From Bacteroidota bacterium (GTDB taxonomy: Bacteria; Bacteroidota; Ignavibacteria; Kapaibacteriales; UBA961), in NCBI GenBank assembly GCA_041191145.1, contig JBEEPK010000008.1:1-59943 (forward strand): DNA of 59,943 nt, given 5' to 3'. A model generated the notes under the pieces. It worked only from the letters and a program-made list of their open reading frames with translations. It was not told where the DNA came from and did not search any database. Each line of letters opens with the position of its first letter. Position 1 is the stretch's first letter. The position numbers and the translations under genes are program-made. This document shows, in pieces, positions 50,798-59,943 of this stretch.

Positions 50798-52639
50798 ATG
50801 AATAAAGAAATTTTAATATCCTCCACATTGAATGAAACAAGAATCGCAATCACAGAGCAAGGTGAATTGGCTGAATTGTTTGTTGAGGTGCCAGATAAAG
50901 AGCGCTATGTGGGGAATGTCTATATGGGTCGTGTTGAGAAGATCATTCAAGGGATGAATGCGGCATTTGTTGATATCGGTTTGAATCAAGGTGCATTTCT
51001 ACATTTCTCCGATGTTGATTCCTCGCTTGAAGAATCATTCAGCACCGATGATGAAGATGATGATGAAATTCCAAAGCAACATGCAAAGCACATTGAGAAA
51101 CCCGATAAGGGATTTATTCGCATGGATTTTGCGCCTCCTCATGGAGTGCATATTCCTCCTTCAGATATCGTCGAAGCAGACATTCAAGAAATGATTGCGG
51201 AAATGCTAGATAAACCAACGGTTGGCAAACCATTGGGTTTCAAGGCATTTATTGAATCCATGAAAGTGTCGCAAACTGCTCCTGTGATAGAAGAAAAACC
51301 TATAATTTCTGATTCCGCGGCAATTGCTTTACGCATCAAAAAGATGCCAGAGAAACAAGGCAATGCAAAGCCACTTCCAACATTCAGCACAAAGAGAAGC
51401 GGAACAATAAGCATCAATTTGCAGCCGAAGCAAACAATCATCGTACAAGTGGTGCGTGAGGGTTATTCCTCAAAAGGCGTACGAGTCACCACAAAAATCG
51501 GTCTTCCCGGTAGATACATGGTGCTTCTTCCATTCGAACAATTGGTTGGTGTTTCTAAAAAGATCCCTTCATTGAAAGAACGCAAAAGACTTCGTTCCAT
51601 CGCAAAAGGATTCGTTCCCGAAGGTATCGGTTGCATCATTCGAACTGCCGCTGAGGACAGATCTGACATTGAACTTCAAAGAGATTGGGCATTACTCATG
51701 GAGCAATGGCGCGAAATGGAAGCAAATGTCATGAAGGCAAAAGCTCCTTCGCTTCTCTATCGTGACAAGAGTTTGGCGGGCAGCGTTATAAGAGATTTAT
51801 TCTCCGAAGATGTGCAAAGAGTCGTATTCGATTCCATGCATCAGCATAAAGAAACAATGAATTATCTCGGTATCGCAGATCCGGATTTACAGGCAAAAAT
51901 CGCATTATATCAAGGCAAGAAGCCATTGTTTGACTATTTCGGAATTGAAAAATCTATTCGCGAAACCTATGAGCGCACAGTCAAATTACCGAATGGTGGT
52001 TCCATAGTGTTAGATCAGACCGAAGCATTGCATGTAATAGATGTCAATAGCGGTCGATCCTCAGCCGGCGAGGCAGAACAAGAAAAGATTGCATTCAAAA
52101 CCAATATGGAAGCACTCAAAGTGGCTGCCAGACAATTGCGATTGCGAGATATCGGCGGAATGATCATTATCGATTTTATCGATATGCAATTAGAAGAAAA
52201 TCGCAAAAAGATTTACAATGAAATGAAACGGGAATTATCGCGAGACAGAGCCAAGACCGTGGTATATCCCATTACGCAACTCGGACTCTTGCAGATCACA
52301 AGACAAAGGATTCGTCAGGCGATTTCAGAAAGACTTTCCGATACATGTCCTACATGCGATGGTGCAGGACGCATTCATTCTCGATCACTCATTTTCCAAG
52401 AAATCGAACATTGGATACGCATATTCCGTGCCCAGCAATTGGATTTTGGCATAGAATTGCATGTGCATCCTGATATGGCGGCCTATCTCACCAAGGGTCC
52501 TATTTCCAGATTGTCCAAACTCATGATCAAATATCTTATTCGCATACGCTTAAATATAGATGAACGATTGAACCCGGATGATTTCCGTTTTTATTCGATG
52601 AAAACTTTTACCGATATTACCGCTGATTATTTGTTGTAA
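50798..52639 (+). CDS. Ribonuclease E/G family
   Basis: GNVYMGRV, AAFVDIG, IIRT, IDVNSG, LRLRDIGGMIIIDFIDM, CPTCDG. Confidence 0.95.
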   Translation: MNKEILISSTLNETRIAITEQGELAELFVEVPDKERYVGNVYMGRVEKIIQGMNAAFVDIGLNQGAFLHFSDVDSSLEESFSTDDEDDDEIPKQHAKHIEKPDKGFIRMDFAPPHGVHIPPSDIVEADIQEMIAEMLDKPTVGKPLGFKAFIESMKVSQTAPVIEEKPIISDSAAIALRIKKMPEKQGNAKPLPTFSTKRSGTISINLQPKQTIIVQVVREGYSSKGVRVTTKIGLPGRYMVLLPFEQLVGVSKKIPSLKERKRLRSIAKGFVPEGIGCIIRTAAEDRSDIELQRDWALLMEQWREMEANVMKAKAPSLLYRDKSLAGSVIRDLFSEDVQRVVFDSMHQHKETMNYLGIADPDLQAKIALYQGKKPLFDYFGIEKSIRETYERTVKLPNGGSIVLDQTEALHVIDVNSGRSSAGEAEQEKIAFKTNMEALKVAARQLRLRDIGGMIIIDFIDMQLEENRKKIYNEMKRELSRDRAKTVVYPITQLGLLQITRQRIRQAISERLSDTCPTCDGAGRIHSRSLIFQEIEHWIRIFRAQQLDFGIELHVHPDMAAYLTKGPISRLSKLMIKYLIRIRLNIDERLNPDDFRFYSMKTFTDITADYLL

Positions 52640-52649
52640 GAGGTATAGC

Positions 52650-52910
52650 ATGGCAACAGAACATTATCAGGAATTGCTCAAGCTCGTACAGAGCTTTGAA
52701 AAGGACTTCGACAAGTTCTATAATGCACGCAATAAAGAGGCAGGCGTTCGACTCCGCAAGCACATGCAAACATTGCGCGAAGCTGCTCGAACTATTCGTG
52801 ATGATGTGCAGAATGCGAAATCATCATTCCCAATTAAAAGAGAAGATCTTTCGCTTCGTAATGCACAGCGCAATCCTGCTTCAAAAAATCCTGATCAAGA
52901 ACAGGAATGA
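52650..52910 (+). CDS. Histone H1-like (Hc1 family) nucleoid protein
   Basis: DFDKFY...NKEAGVRLRK...IRDDVQ motif. Confidence 0.75.
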   Translation: MATEHYQELLKLVQSFEKDFDKFYNARNKEAGVRLRKHMQTLREAARTIRDDVQNAKSSFPIKREDLSLRNAQRNPASKNPDQEQE

Positions 52911-52968
52911 TTTCTTTCATTTGCTTTTCAGAAAGCAATGAATCATGGTGAATTGAAGATTAAAGAAC

Positions 52969-53811
52969 ATGGACTTACGGCTTATACTGATCCTGATAGG
53001 GATTATTGTCAGTTTTCTCACTCTCGCTTTGATCGTAACATTACAAGTTCGAAGAAGCGTGAAGAAAGGCATTCGCAATCTACGCGAAATGTCTATCGGC
53101 AGTACCTCTCATGTGACTATCGAAGGGGCGATTCAATCATGTCCTGAGCCGGTAAAGCAGTATCTCCGTAAAGCAATCGGAGAAAATAAACGCATGATTC
53201 ATTTTGCAAACATCAAACAGAATGGGGAATTCCGCACTTCGCCAGACGGTGATTGGTCACCTTCCAGAGCAGATGGACATTATCTTGCAACAAAACCCGG
53301 ATTCATTTGGAAAGCTCGTTTTGGAGGCAGCATCATCCCATCCAAAATTGCATGGCTTGAACTCCTTGATGGAAAAGGATTTGGATCTGTGAAATTTTTG
53401 GGATTATTCACACTATTGAATCCCTCAGGACATGAAGCAGATACCTCATTGCTAACGCGTTATCTCATGGAAGCTATCTGGTTTCCAACTGCTCTCATTC
53501 CAACAAATCTTCTTACTTGGCGAGAACTTGATTCGCATAGAGCCGAAGCCGTCTTGCATTATGGTTCTATTCATGTTACAGCCATCTTTGTGTTTAATGA
53601 TGAATACGATATCATTGAAATCATCACAGAAGACAAATACCGCGATTTCCGCAGCTCATTCGAAAAATCAAAATTCACTCTAAAATGCTCTTCCCATGCC
53701 ATTATTGAAGGAATGCGCATTCCAATGTCGGTTGAATTTGTATGGAATCTCTCTTCAGGTGATTTCTCCTATGGAAAATACAATATCACGAAGATTCACT
53801 ATGAGTTTTGA
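52969..53811 (+). CDS. Conserved membrane-anchored hypothetical protein (DUF6544/DUF6920-like)
   Basis: N-terminal TM; PEPVKQYL, QNGEFR, PGFIWKA, RYLMEAIWFPTAL. Confidence 0.6.
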   Translation: MDLRLILILIGIIVSFLTLALIVTLQVRRSVKKGIRNLREMSIGSTSHVTIEGAIQSCPEPVKQYLRKAIGENKRMIHFANIKQNGEFRTSPDGDWSPSRADGHYLATKPGFIWKARFGGSIIPSKIAWLELLDGKGFGSVKFLGLFTLLNPSGHEADTSLLTRYLMEAIWFPTALIPTNLLTWRELDSHRAEAVLHYGSIHVTAIFVFNDEYDIIEIITEDKYRDFRSSFEKSKFTLKCSSHAIIEGMRIPMSVEFVWNLSSGDFSYGKYNITKIHYEF

Positions 53812-53916
53812 TGAAACTTTTTTCCTTGCTTAAGACTTATCCTCATGGGCATTTGCTCCGCAAAAAACACTATATTTGCCCATGTTTTTTCAATGAAGTT
53901 TGAAGGCCGATAATTC

Positions 53917-55248
53917 ATGTATACTATTCCTCATCTTGTTCTTCCTCAGGTCAAAGATCTGCACAGGATCGATGTGTACACAGCCAATGGCGGATATGAT
54001 CAAATCCGCAAAGCACTCTCCGGGATGTCACCCGATGATGTCATCAATGAAGTGAAGGCCTCCGGCTTGCGCGGTCGCGGTGGAGCTTGTTTCTCCACAG
54101 GTATGAAATGGAGTTTCATGCCCAAGTCCAATGACAAACCAAAATATCTTGCGATTAATGGTGATGAATCCGAACCGGGATCATTCAAAGACAGACAAAT
54201 TCTAGAATATAATCCGCATCAATTGATTGAAGGGATTCTCATTGCTGGATATGCAATGGGCATCACAAAAGCATTCATTTATATTCGCGGTGAATACCAT
54301 AAATGGGTTCGTTGTGCTGAAGTTGCTGTGAAAGAAGCATATGCCAAGGGATTTATTGGTGAAGGAATGAAGTCAACCTTCAATACTTCATTCAGCATGG
54401 ACATCGTTGTACATAAAGGCGCTGGTGCTTATGTATGCGGAGAAGAAACCTCACTGATGAATTCCATTGAAGGCGAAAGAGCTTATCCGCGCTTCAAACC
54501 ACCATTTCCGGCGAATAAAGGTCTTTGGGGTTGCCCGACGACAATCAATAATGTTGAAACACTCGCAACAGTACCACCTATTTTGGCGATCGGTTCTGAT
54601 GCTTATAGCAAAATCGGTGCAGCAAAGCATCCCGGAACATTGCTTTTTGGTTTATCCGGTCATATCAATAAACCGGGTGTGTATGAATTACCGACCGGCA
54701 TTCCACTCAAAGATGTTATTTATGATATCGGTGGCGGAATTCCAGGTGGCAAGAAAATCAAAGCAATCATTCCCGGCGGAAGCTCCATGCCTCCAATCCA
54801 TCCGGATGAAGTTGACAGAGTATTGATGGACAATGAATCACTCAAAGAATTTGGATCTTATATCGGTACTGCAGGCGTGATGGTGATGGATGAGGATACA
54901 GATCTTGTGAAAGTACTGCTCAGACTCGCACATTTTTACCATCATGAATCTTGCGGACAATGTACACCATGCCGTGAAGGTTGTGGTTGGATGGAAAAGA
55001 TTTTGAAGCGCATGGTTAAAGGTGATGCCACGACACATGATGTGGACTTGCTTTTCAGTGTCGCATCCAATATCGAAGGTAATACAATTTGTGCATTGGG
55101 CGAAGGCGCAGCATGGCCTGTGAAAGGTTTCTTGAAAAAATTCAGAAGTGAATTTGAAAGCAGAGTAAAACCAAGTCGCGAGTTCTTCTCACTCAATGTC
55201 GTTCACGGCAAAGAGTCAACACGCAATCAATTGATCTTGACTCAATAA
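53917..55248 (+). CDS. nuoF: NADH-quinone oxidoreductase subunit F
   Basis: SGLRGRGGA, DESEPG, GAGAYVCGEET, ESCGQCTPCREG, TICALG. TATATTTG element at 53871. Confidence 0.96.
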   Translation: MYTIPHLVLPQVKDLHRIDVYTANGGYDQIRKALSGMSPDDVINEVKASGLRGRGGACFSTGMKWSFMPKSNDKPKYLAINGDESEPGSFKDRQILEYNPHQLIEGILIAGYAMGITKAFIYIRGEYHKWVRCAEVAVKEAYAKGFIGEGMKSTFNTSFSMDIVVHKGAGAYVCGEETSLMNSIEGERAYPRFKPPFPANKGLWGCPTTINNVETLATVPPILAIGSDAYSKIGAAKHPGTLLFGLSGHINKPGVYELPTGIPLKDVIYDIGGGIPGGKKIKAIIPGGSSMPPIHPDEVDRVLMDNESLKEFGSYIGTAGVMVMDEDTDLVKVLLRLAHFYHHESCGQCTPCREGCGWMEKILKRMVKGDATTHDVDLLFSVASNIEGNTICALGEGAAWPVKGFLKKFRSEFESRVKPSREFFSLNVVHGKESTRNQLILTQ

Positions 55249-55260
55249 ATTTATTTCTCG

Positions 55261-55890
55261 ATGAATATAAAGGATGTTTCGATTGCGAGACATCCTTTTT
55301 CCATATCTTCCAAAGCAGCAGAGGAAACAATGGTAGAACATCATTCAACGGTATTGGTATTTATAGCATCCGGCGTCGAAGAAATGGAAGCCGTGACTGT
55401 TTGCGACATTCTTCGTAGAGGCGGACTCAATGTGATTGTTGCCGGTGAGAGTGAAATCATCACTGCATCGAGAGGTATGAAATTTCTGCCTGATGTCACT
55501 TTCGAACATATCGCCGATGATGAAGAATATCTTGCCATCGTTTTGCCGGGTGGTTCCAGAGCCGCAGATACATTCTCCAATCATCCACATATTGAGCGCA
55601 TTCTACGCGCACATGTAAAACGCAATTCCATCATCGGAGCAATGTGTGCAAGCCCAAGTGTATTGGTCGCTTATGATTTATTGCCCCAAGGTACGCCCAT
55701 GACTTCGCATAAAGGGGTAAGACATCTTATCGAACCACGATATGAATATATTGATGAGAAAATTGTGATTAATGAGAATGTGATAACATGTCAGGGAGCG
55801 GGTTGTAGCATCGACTTTGCATTGAATCTCCTTTCAATGCTCGCGGGTGAGGATATGTCAAGACATATAGCAAAAGAAATCGTGTATTGA
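55261..55890 (+). CDS. DJ-1/PfpI (YajL/ThiJ) family protein
   Basis: GVEEMEA, DILRRG, VLPGG, GAMCASP. Start may be 55330. Confidence 0.9.
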   Translation: MNIKDVSIARHPFSISSKAAEETMVEHHSTVLVFIASGVEEMEAVTVCDILRRGGLNVIVAGESEIITASRGMKFLPDVTFEHIADDEEYLAIVLPGGSRAADTFSNHPHIERILRAHVKRNSIIGAMCASPSVLVAYDLLPQGTPMTSHKGVRHLIEPRYEYIDEKIVINENVITCQGAGCSIDFALNLLSMLAGEDMSRHIAKEIVY

Positions 55891-55892
55891 TT

Positions 55893-56507
55893 TTACATTT
55901 TCTTTGCGATGATGATGCAATGTTTCAGGGGAAATTGATCAAGCTCGAGATGTCTTAAGTGACATTTATTTTTTGAGAGAATATCAAGATTCTTTTCAAT
56001 CCCGAGTGAGCTATAATAAAATAAGCGATCATGCCAATCAGAGATATGTTCACCGATTTCATCACCGATCGTGTAAATGAGTATTCCATCCTGCTTCAGC
56101 ATATCGCAAATAGAATTCAATACATCTTCCTGCTTATCAAAGGGTACATGAAAGATACTGTCCCAAGCAAGTATCAAATCATATCGTTCACTTGTTTTCC
56201 AATGCATGATATCGCCATGAAGCCATGTTCCTGCAGGATGTTGCTCATGCGCAATCGCGAGCATCTTTTCTGAGCAATCGAGTCCTGTCACTTGAAATGC
56301 ATGTCCTTCCAGCAATCGAACCATTCTACCACCAGAACCGCAACCGATGTCCAATGCATTTCTGCGTTTATGTTCCGTGCCACACATAGTGATTGCTCGC
56401 ATCAGCGCTTCCGTCCCATAGGAGGAATCCTTTTGTTCGGCATCCCATAATGCAGCAATTGCATCATAGTGAACTGCGATTTCCGATGCATGATCTCTGC
56501 AATTCAT
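55893..56507 (-). CDS. Class I SAM-dependent methyltransferase
   Basis: ALDIGCGSG, GLDCS, AWDSIFH. Confidence 0.88.
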   Translation of the reverse strand: MNCRDHASEIAVHYDAIAALWDAEQKDSSYGTEALMRAITMCGTEHKRRNALDIGCGSGGRMVRLLEGHAFQVTGLDCSEKMLAIAHEQHPAGTWLHGDIMHWKTSERYDLILAWDSIFHVPFDKQEDVLNSICDMLKQDGILIYTIGDEIGEHISDWHDRLFYYSSLGIEKNLDILSKNKCHLRHLELDQFPLKHCIIIAKKM

Positions 56508-56509
56508 GA

Positions 56510-57508
56510 TTATTCCTGTGACTTATCAGAGTGTTTCTGCAATGCCTGATCACTCAACTCATAAGCATGGATGATATCGGCAACAAGGCGATGTCGAACA
56601 ACATCTGCTTTATCAAAATACACGAATTCAATACCAGGAATTGATTGCAGGATTTTCTCAACATCAACCAAACCCGAATCTTTCTTATAAGGCAAATCAA
56701 TCTGAGTGATATCACCTGTTACGATGCATTTTGAATTTCTACCGAGTCGAGTCAAAAACATTTTCATCTGTGTGCGTGTGGCATTCTGCGCTTCATCAAG
56801 AATGATGAATGAATTATTCAATGTTCTTCCACGCATATAGGCAAGAGGCACGATCTCAATAATCCGTTTTTCGCTCATGCTACGAAACTTCTCAGCCGAA
56901 ACCATATCAGTGATTGCATCAAGAAGGGGTCTCAAATACGGATCCACTTTTTCTGATAAATCACCCGGCAAAAAACCCAATGATTCACCTGCTTCAACGG
57001 CAGGACGAGAGAGTACGATTCGAGTGACTTCATTATTCTTCAATGCGGCAAGTGCAAGTGCTACTGCAAGATATGTTTTACCCGTTCCCGCAGGACCAAT
57101 TGCAAAGCACAGATCATTATTCATCACTTTGGAAACCATTTCTGCCTGATGCTTATTTCTCGGCTTAATGGTCTCTCTTTTGCCGGACAAGACAATGGTA
57201 TTGAGTGAAATTTCATTGGGTTTTGTCTGACCTTCCTGTGGCATTGTCGAATCTGCAAATTGCAATACAGAGCTAACATCATCTTGTGTCAGAATTCCTT
57301 TTCTACCAAGTATATATTGCAATTCACTTAATGTTTTTTCAATCATCTTCACTTCAGCTGGTTCGCCACGAATGATAACAGTATCACCTCGAACTGAGAT
57401 GCTAGATTGAAATCGTGATTCAAGCATGGTGAGATAGAGATCATTATACCCCAAAAGTGCAGAGAGATCGGTTTCTCCAATCTTGACTTTCTTTTCGATG
57501 CTATCCAT
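56510..57508 (-). CDS. phoH: PhoH family ATPase (PhoL/YbeZ type)
   Basis: GPAGTGKT, RPAVEAGE, YMRGRT, DEAQN, GDITQID. Confidence 0.93.
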   Translation of the reverse strand: MDSIEKKVKIGETDLSALLGYNDLYLTMLESRFQSSISVRGDTVIIRGEPAEVKMIEKTLSELQYILGRKGILTQDDVSSVLQFADSTMPQEGQTKPNEISLNTIVLSGKRETIKPRNKHQAEMVSKVMNNDLCFAIGPAGTGKTYLAVALALAALKNNEVTRIVLSRPAVEAGESLGFLPGDLSEKVDPYLRPLLDAITDMVSAEKFRSMSEKRIIEIVPLAYMRGRTLNNSFIILDEAQNATRTQMKMFLTRLGRNSKCIVTGDITQIDLPYKKDSGLVDVEKILQSIPGIEFVYFDKADVVRHRLVADIIHAYELSDQALQKHSDKSQE

Positions 57509-57530
57509 GTATTGGTGATTAAGTGGAAAT

Positions 57531-57560
57531 AAAAAACCCCTCACGAGCATTCGCGAGGGG
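57531..57560 (-). terminator. Intrinsic terminator upstream of phoH
   Basis: Minus strand reads CCCCTCGCGA-atgc-TCGTGAGGGG-TTTTTT. Confidence 0.8.
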
Positions 57561-57610
57561 CACAATTATTCAATGCACAAGCATGTGAGTTGCATTTCTG
57601 CAAGTAGGCA

Positions 57611-58450
57611 TTACTTGACTGTTCCGGGATTTTGCGTATTTGATTGCTCAACAGCTCTTTGAGCAGCAGCTGCAGCAGAACGCTTTTTCTTCCAATATGC
57701 ACGCTCAGCTTTCATCTCATCAGATGTTTTTGGAGCAGCCGCAGGAAGTGTCAAACGCTGACCGGGGAAAATGACATCAGGATTACGAATAATTTCGGTA
57801 TTTGATTGCCATACTTTTGGCCACAAGAGAGCATCATTGTAAATCTCTGCCTTGCCTGCTATATTCCACAAACAGTCACGATCATCAGCCCATGTACCAA
57901 CGACATAGTCTTTTGTAGGCTTGGTTCTGTACAATGAACGGATATCACGAGCAAGATCAATGATGCGATTGAAATAAGAAGGATATAATGCGATTTTTTC
58001 GCCACGCATTTTATTTAGTTCATTTTCAAGTGAACTCACATCATCGTATTTCTCGGACAATTGTGCATCATTCATGCCTTTCATTGAGCGAGTTTTGCCT
58101 TCCAGAACACCAAGTCTTTGACCAAATTCTTCGATTTGTCTTTGTGTTGCATTGAGCAATTGCGCGATTTCATTATTGCTTGTCTGCAATGATGTATTTG
58201 CATCACTGAGATTTTGATTCAATGAACCAATGGAAGTATTGAGCGCATTCAAGCGATCTTGCAACTCTTTTACTTTTTGTTCCCATTCCTTGATGCAAAT
58301 ATCACCTTGATCTTTGGTGTATTTATTCGCTTTCATTTGCGCTTCAGTTGAATTGCAATCGGGCGGTGGGTCTTGAGCAAATATTGGTGTTGCCACAGTT
58401 AAGGCGACAAGCACAAGTATTGAATACATATATTTCATTTCAGTCTCCAA
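57611..58450 (-). CDS. Secreted coiled-coil + LysM peptidoglycan-binding protein
   Basis: Signal peptide; heptads; YVV...DCLWNIA...IRNPDVIFPGQRL. Confidence 0.85.
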   Translation of the reverse strand: METEMKYMYSILVLVALTVATPIFAQDPPPDCNSTEAQMKANKYTKDQGDICIKEWEQKVKELQDRLNALNTSIGSLNQNLSDANTSLQTSNNEIAQLLNATQRQIEEFGQRLGVLEGKTRSMKGMNDAQLSEKYDDVSSLENELNKMRGEKIALYPSYFNRIIDLARDIRSLYRTKPTKDYVVGTWADDRDCLWNIAGKAEIYNDALLWPKVWQSNTEIIRNPDVIFPGQRLTLPAAAPKTSDEMKAERAYWKKKRSAAAAAQRAVEQSNTQNPGTVK

Positions 58451-58470
58451 ATTCAGAATTCATGGATGGA

Positions 58471-58836
58471 TTATTTTTTGCCTTTCTTCTTTTTAACCTC
58501 AGGTGCAGGTGTTGTTTCAATAACACCCTCGGTTGAAGGAGGAACAAAGTCAGGCCATGAATTCGGCCATGTTTGAAGTTTTTGTTGAATGAACTCTTTA
58601 TTCTGCTGAGACTGCTTTGCTTCAGCTTGGCGAGCGGAAACCTCTTTTTCAAGAGCTGATTTTTCAGCTTCTTTCTTTTTAATATCAGTTTCCAAACGGG
58701 CTGCTTGCTCCTTGAGTTCACGGAGTTTCAGTAATTGTTCATCGGTGACTTTGGGTGTACAACCAGTATTGGTCAATGCGAATGCAATGACAAATATGCC
58801 AAGAATCAACGAAGTCATATTCCACGATGTGCGCAT
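58471..58836 (-). CDS. Small coiled-coil lipoprotein
   Basis: Hydrophobic segment ending NTGC (lipobox-like), then heptads. Start uncertain. Confidence 0.65.
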   Translation of the reverse strand: MRTSWNMTSLILGIFVIAFALTNTGCTPKVTDEQLLKLRELKEQAARLETDIKKKEAEKSALEKEVSARQAEAKQSQQNKEFIQQKLQTWPNSWPDFVPPSTEGVIETTPAPEVKKKKGKK

Positions 58837-58947
58837 ATAGCTCCTTGCATAGAAGTGGAAAACAAAATGGTATATTTCTATTATTGCTAATTTACGGCTT
58901 GGAAAGGCGATAGACAAAGAAATTTTCCGTAATCTTCACCATAAACA

Positions 58948-59943
58948 ATGAATAGTTCACCTCTTGGCGAAAATAGAAGAAAAGTAATCCACATCTTGCT
59001 TGTAATGAGCTTATTACTGCGTTATTACACCCTACCACTGAATGGCAAAGAATATGTGGCTAAAATTGACCAGGACGTCAAAGATAGAGTCATTTCTTTG
59101 CTTCAAGAGAAGAAGATTACTGTCCGCTTCCCATTTGAAAGCATATCCATATCATCAAATGATAAAGGGGAAAAAGTCTTGTCCCCCAAGAGCAAAAGCG
59201 CTCTTGAGTCTCTCAAGCATTTCCTCATTATTGATTCTGAAAGTGAATTAGATATCCTGAAATTGAATATTCCGGGACTCATTGTGTATGGTCCGATGAT
59301 CTCCTATGCACTAGATGAGCAAGCTCCGAATGATTCTTTGTGGTCTAGACAATGGGCATTGCAAGAATTGAATATCACAAAAGCATGGGATATTGCTCGC
59401 GGGGATAATGTGCTCGTATCCGTGATCGACACGGGTTGTGAAATCGAGCATCCTGATCTCAAGCGAAATATCTATATCAATCCAAAAGAAGACATCAATC
59501 AAAATGGTCGTTTTGATACTTGGCCATCGACCGAAATCCGCGATGGGATAGCGGGTGATATCAATGGCATCGATGAAGACGGCAATGGTTGGACCGATGA
59601 TGTGACGGGCTATGATTTTGTCGATCAATCTTTTACCAATATCGGTGATGATCGAATTCCGGACCCGATTGTGATTGATGAACAAGGACATGGTACAAGT
59701 GTCGCTGGTATCATCGGCGCACAAATGAATAATGCAATCGGTATAGCGGGAATTGCTCCGAATTGCAAACTCATGACTGTCCGAGCATTTGATGCAACGG
59801 GCAATGCAGAGGAAGATGATGTAGCTCTCGCAATTGTATATTCTGCTCTGGCAGGCGCGCGCGTGATTTGCATGAGCTTTGGCGATGCGGTATACTCACC
59901 CATGACAAAAGCGGCGATTGATGTGGCACATTCACTGAATTGT
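58948..59943 (+). CDS. Subtilisin-like S8 serine peptidase (5' part; runs off the window)
   Basis: Manual translation from ATG 58948: PNDSLWSRQW, AWD, VSVIDTG (catalytic Asp), HPDL, GHGTSVAGIIGA (catalytic His). Not in the ORF track. Confidence 0.9.
   Translation, partial: MNSSPLGENRRKVIHILLVMSLLLRYYTLPLNGKEYVAKIDQDVKDRVISLLQEKKITVRFPFESISISSNDKGEKVLSPKSKSALESLKHFLIIDSESELDILKLNIPGLIVYGPMISYALDEQAPNDSLWSRQWALQELNITKAWDIARGDNVLVSVIDTGCEIEHPDLKRNIYINPKEDINQNGRFDTWPSTEIRDGIAGDINGIDEDGNGWTDDVTGYDFVDQSFTNIGDDRIPDPIVIDEQGHGTSVAGIIGAQMNNAIGIAGIAPNCKLMTVRAFDATGNAEEDDVALAIVYSALAGARVICMSFGDAVYSPMTKAAIDVAHSLNC

Noticed and set aside
59042-59903. ORFs 59042-59251, 59311-59724 and 59625-59903
   Set aside because: These are shadow frames of the S8 peptidase that starts at 58948. 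The other short antisense or overlapping ORFs in the track were rejected for the same reason.

Overview
Mostly core chromosome of an FCB-group bacterium, probably Kapabacteria/Ignavibacteria-like. This is inferred from TAnnTTTG promoter elements, a primary sigma factor lacking region 1.1, T9SS-type cargo and an Hc1-like protein. Housekeeping genes include murA (partial), gatC, rpoD, tRNA-Cys, efp, accBC, gcvH, purA, secDF, rpmH-rnpA-yidD, dxs, hslO, cca, purK, panC, a cysteine desulfurase, dnaJ-grpE, RNase E/G, nuoF and phoH. Five things stand out. (1) An uncharacterised envelope gene cluster at 38.3-46.1 kb: a GldM/PorM-like membrane-anchored protein, two paralogous outer-membrane beta-barrels, a VWA-OmpA protein and a degenerate tyrosine recombinase. 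(2) A two-gene locus of secreted phage-fibre-like proteins at 7.5-12.7 kb with no phage context; the large fibre has a Cys-bracketed hydrophobic hairpin just before a self-cleaving chaperone motif. (3) A DnaA-box cluster (oriC candidate) at 46.85-47.13 kb with no dnaA gene in the window. (4) Two arrays of related REP-like palindromes. (5) Three small apparent deletions (accC start, two in secD), most likely assembly gaps. All calls come from reading motifs by eye; no searches were run.
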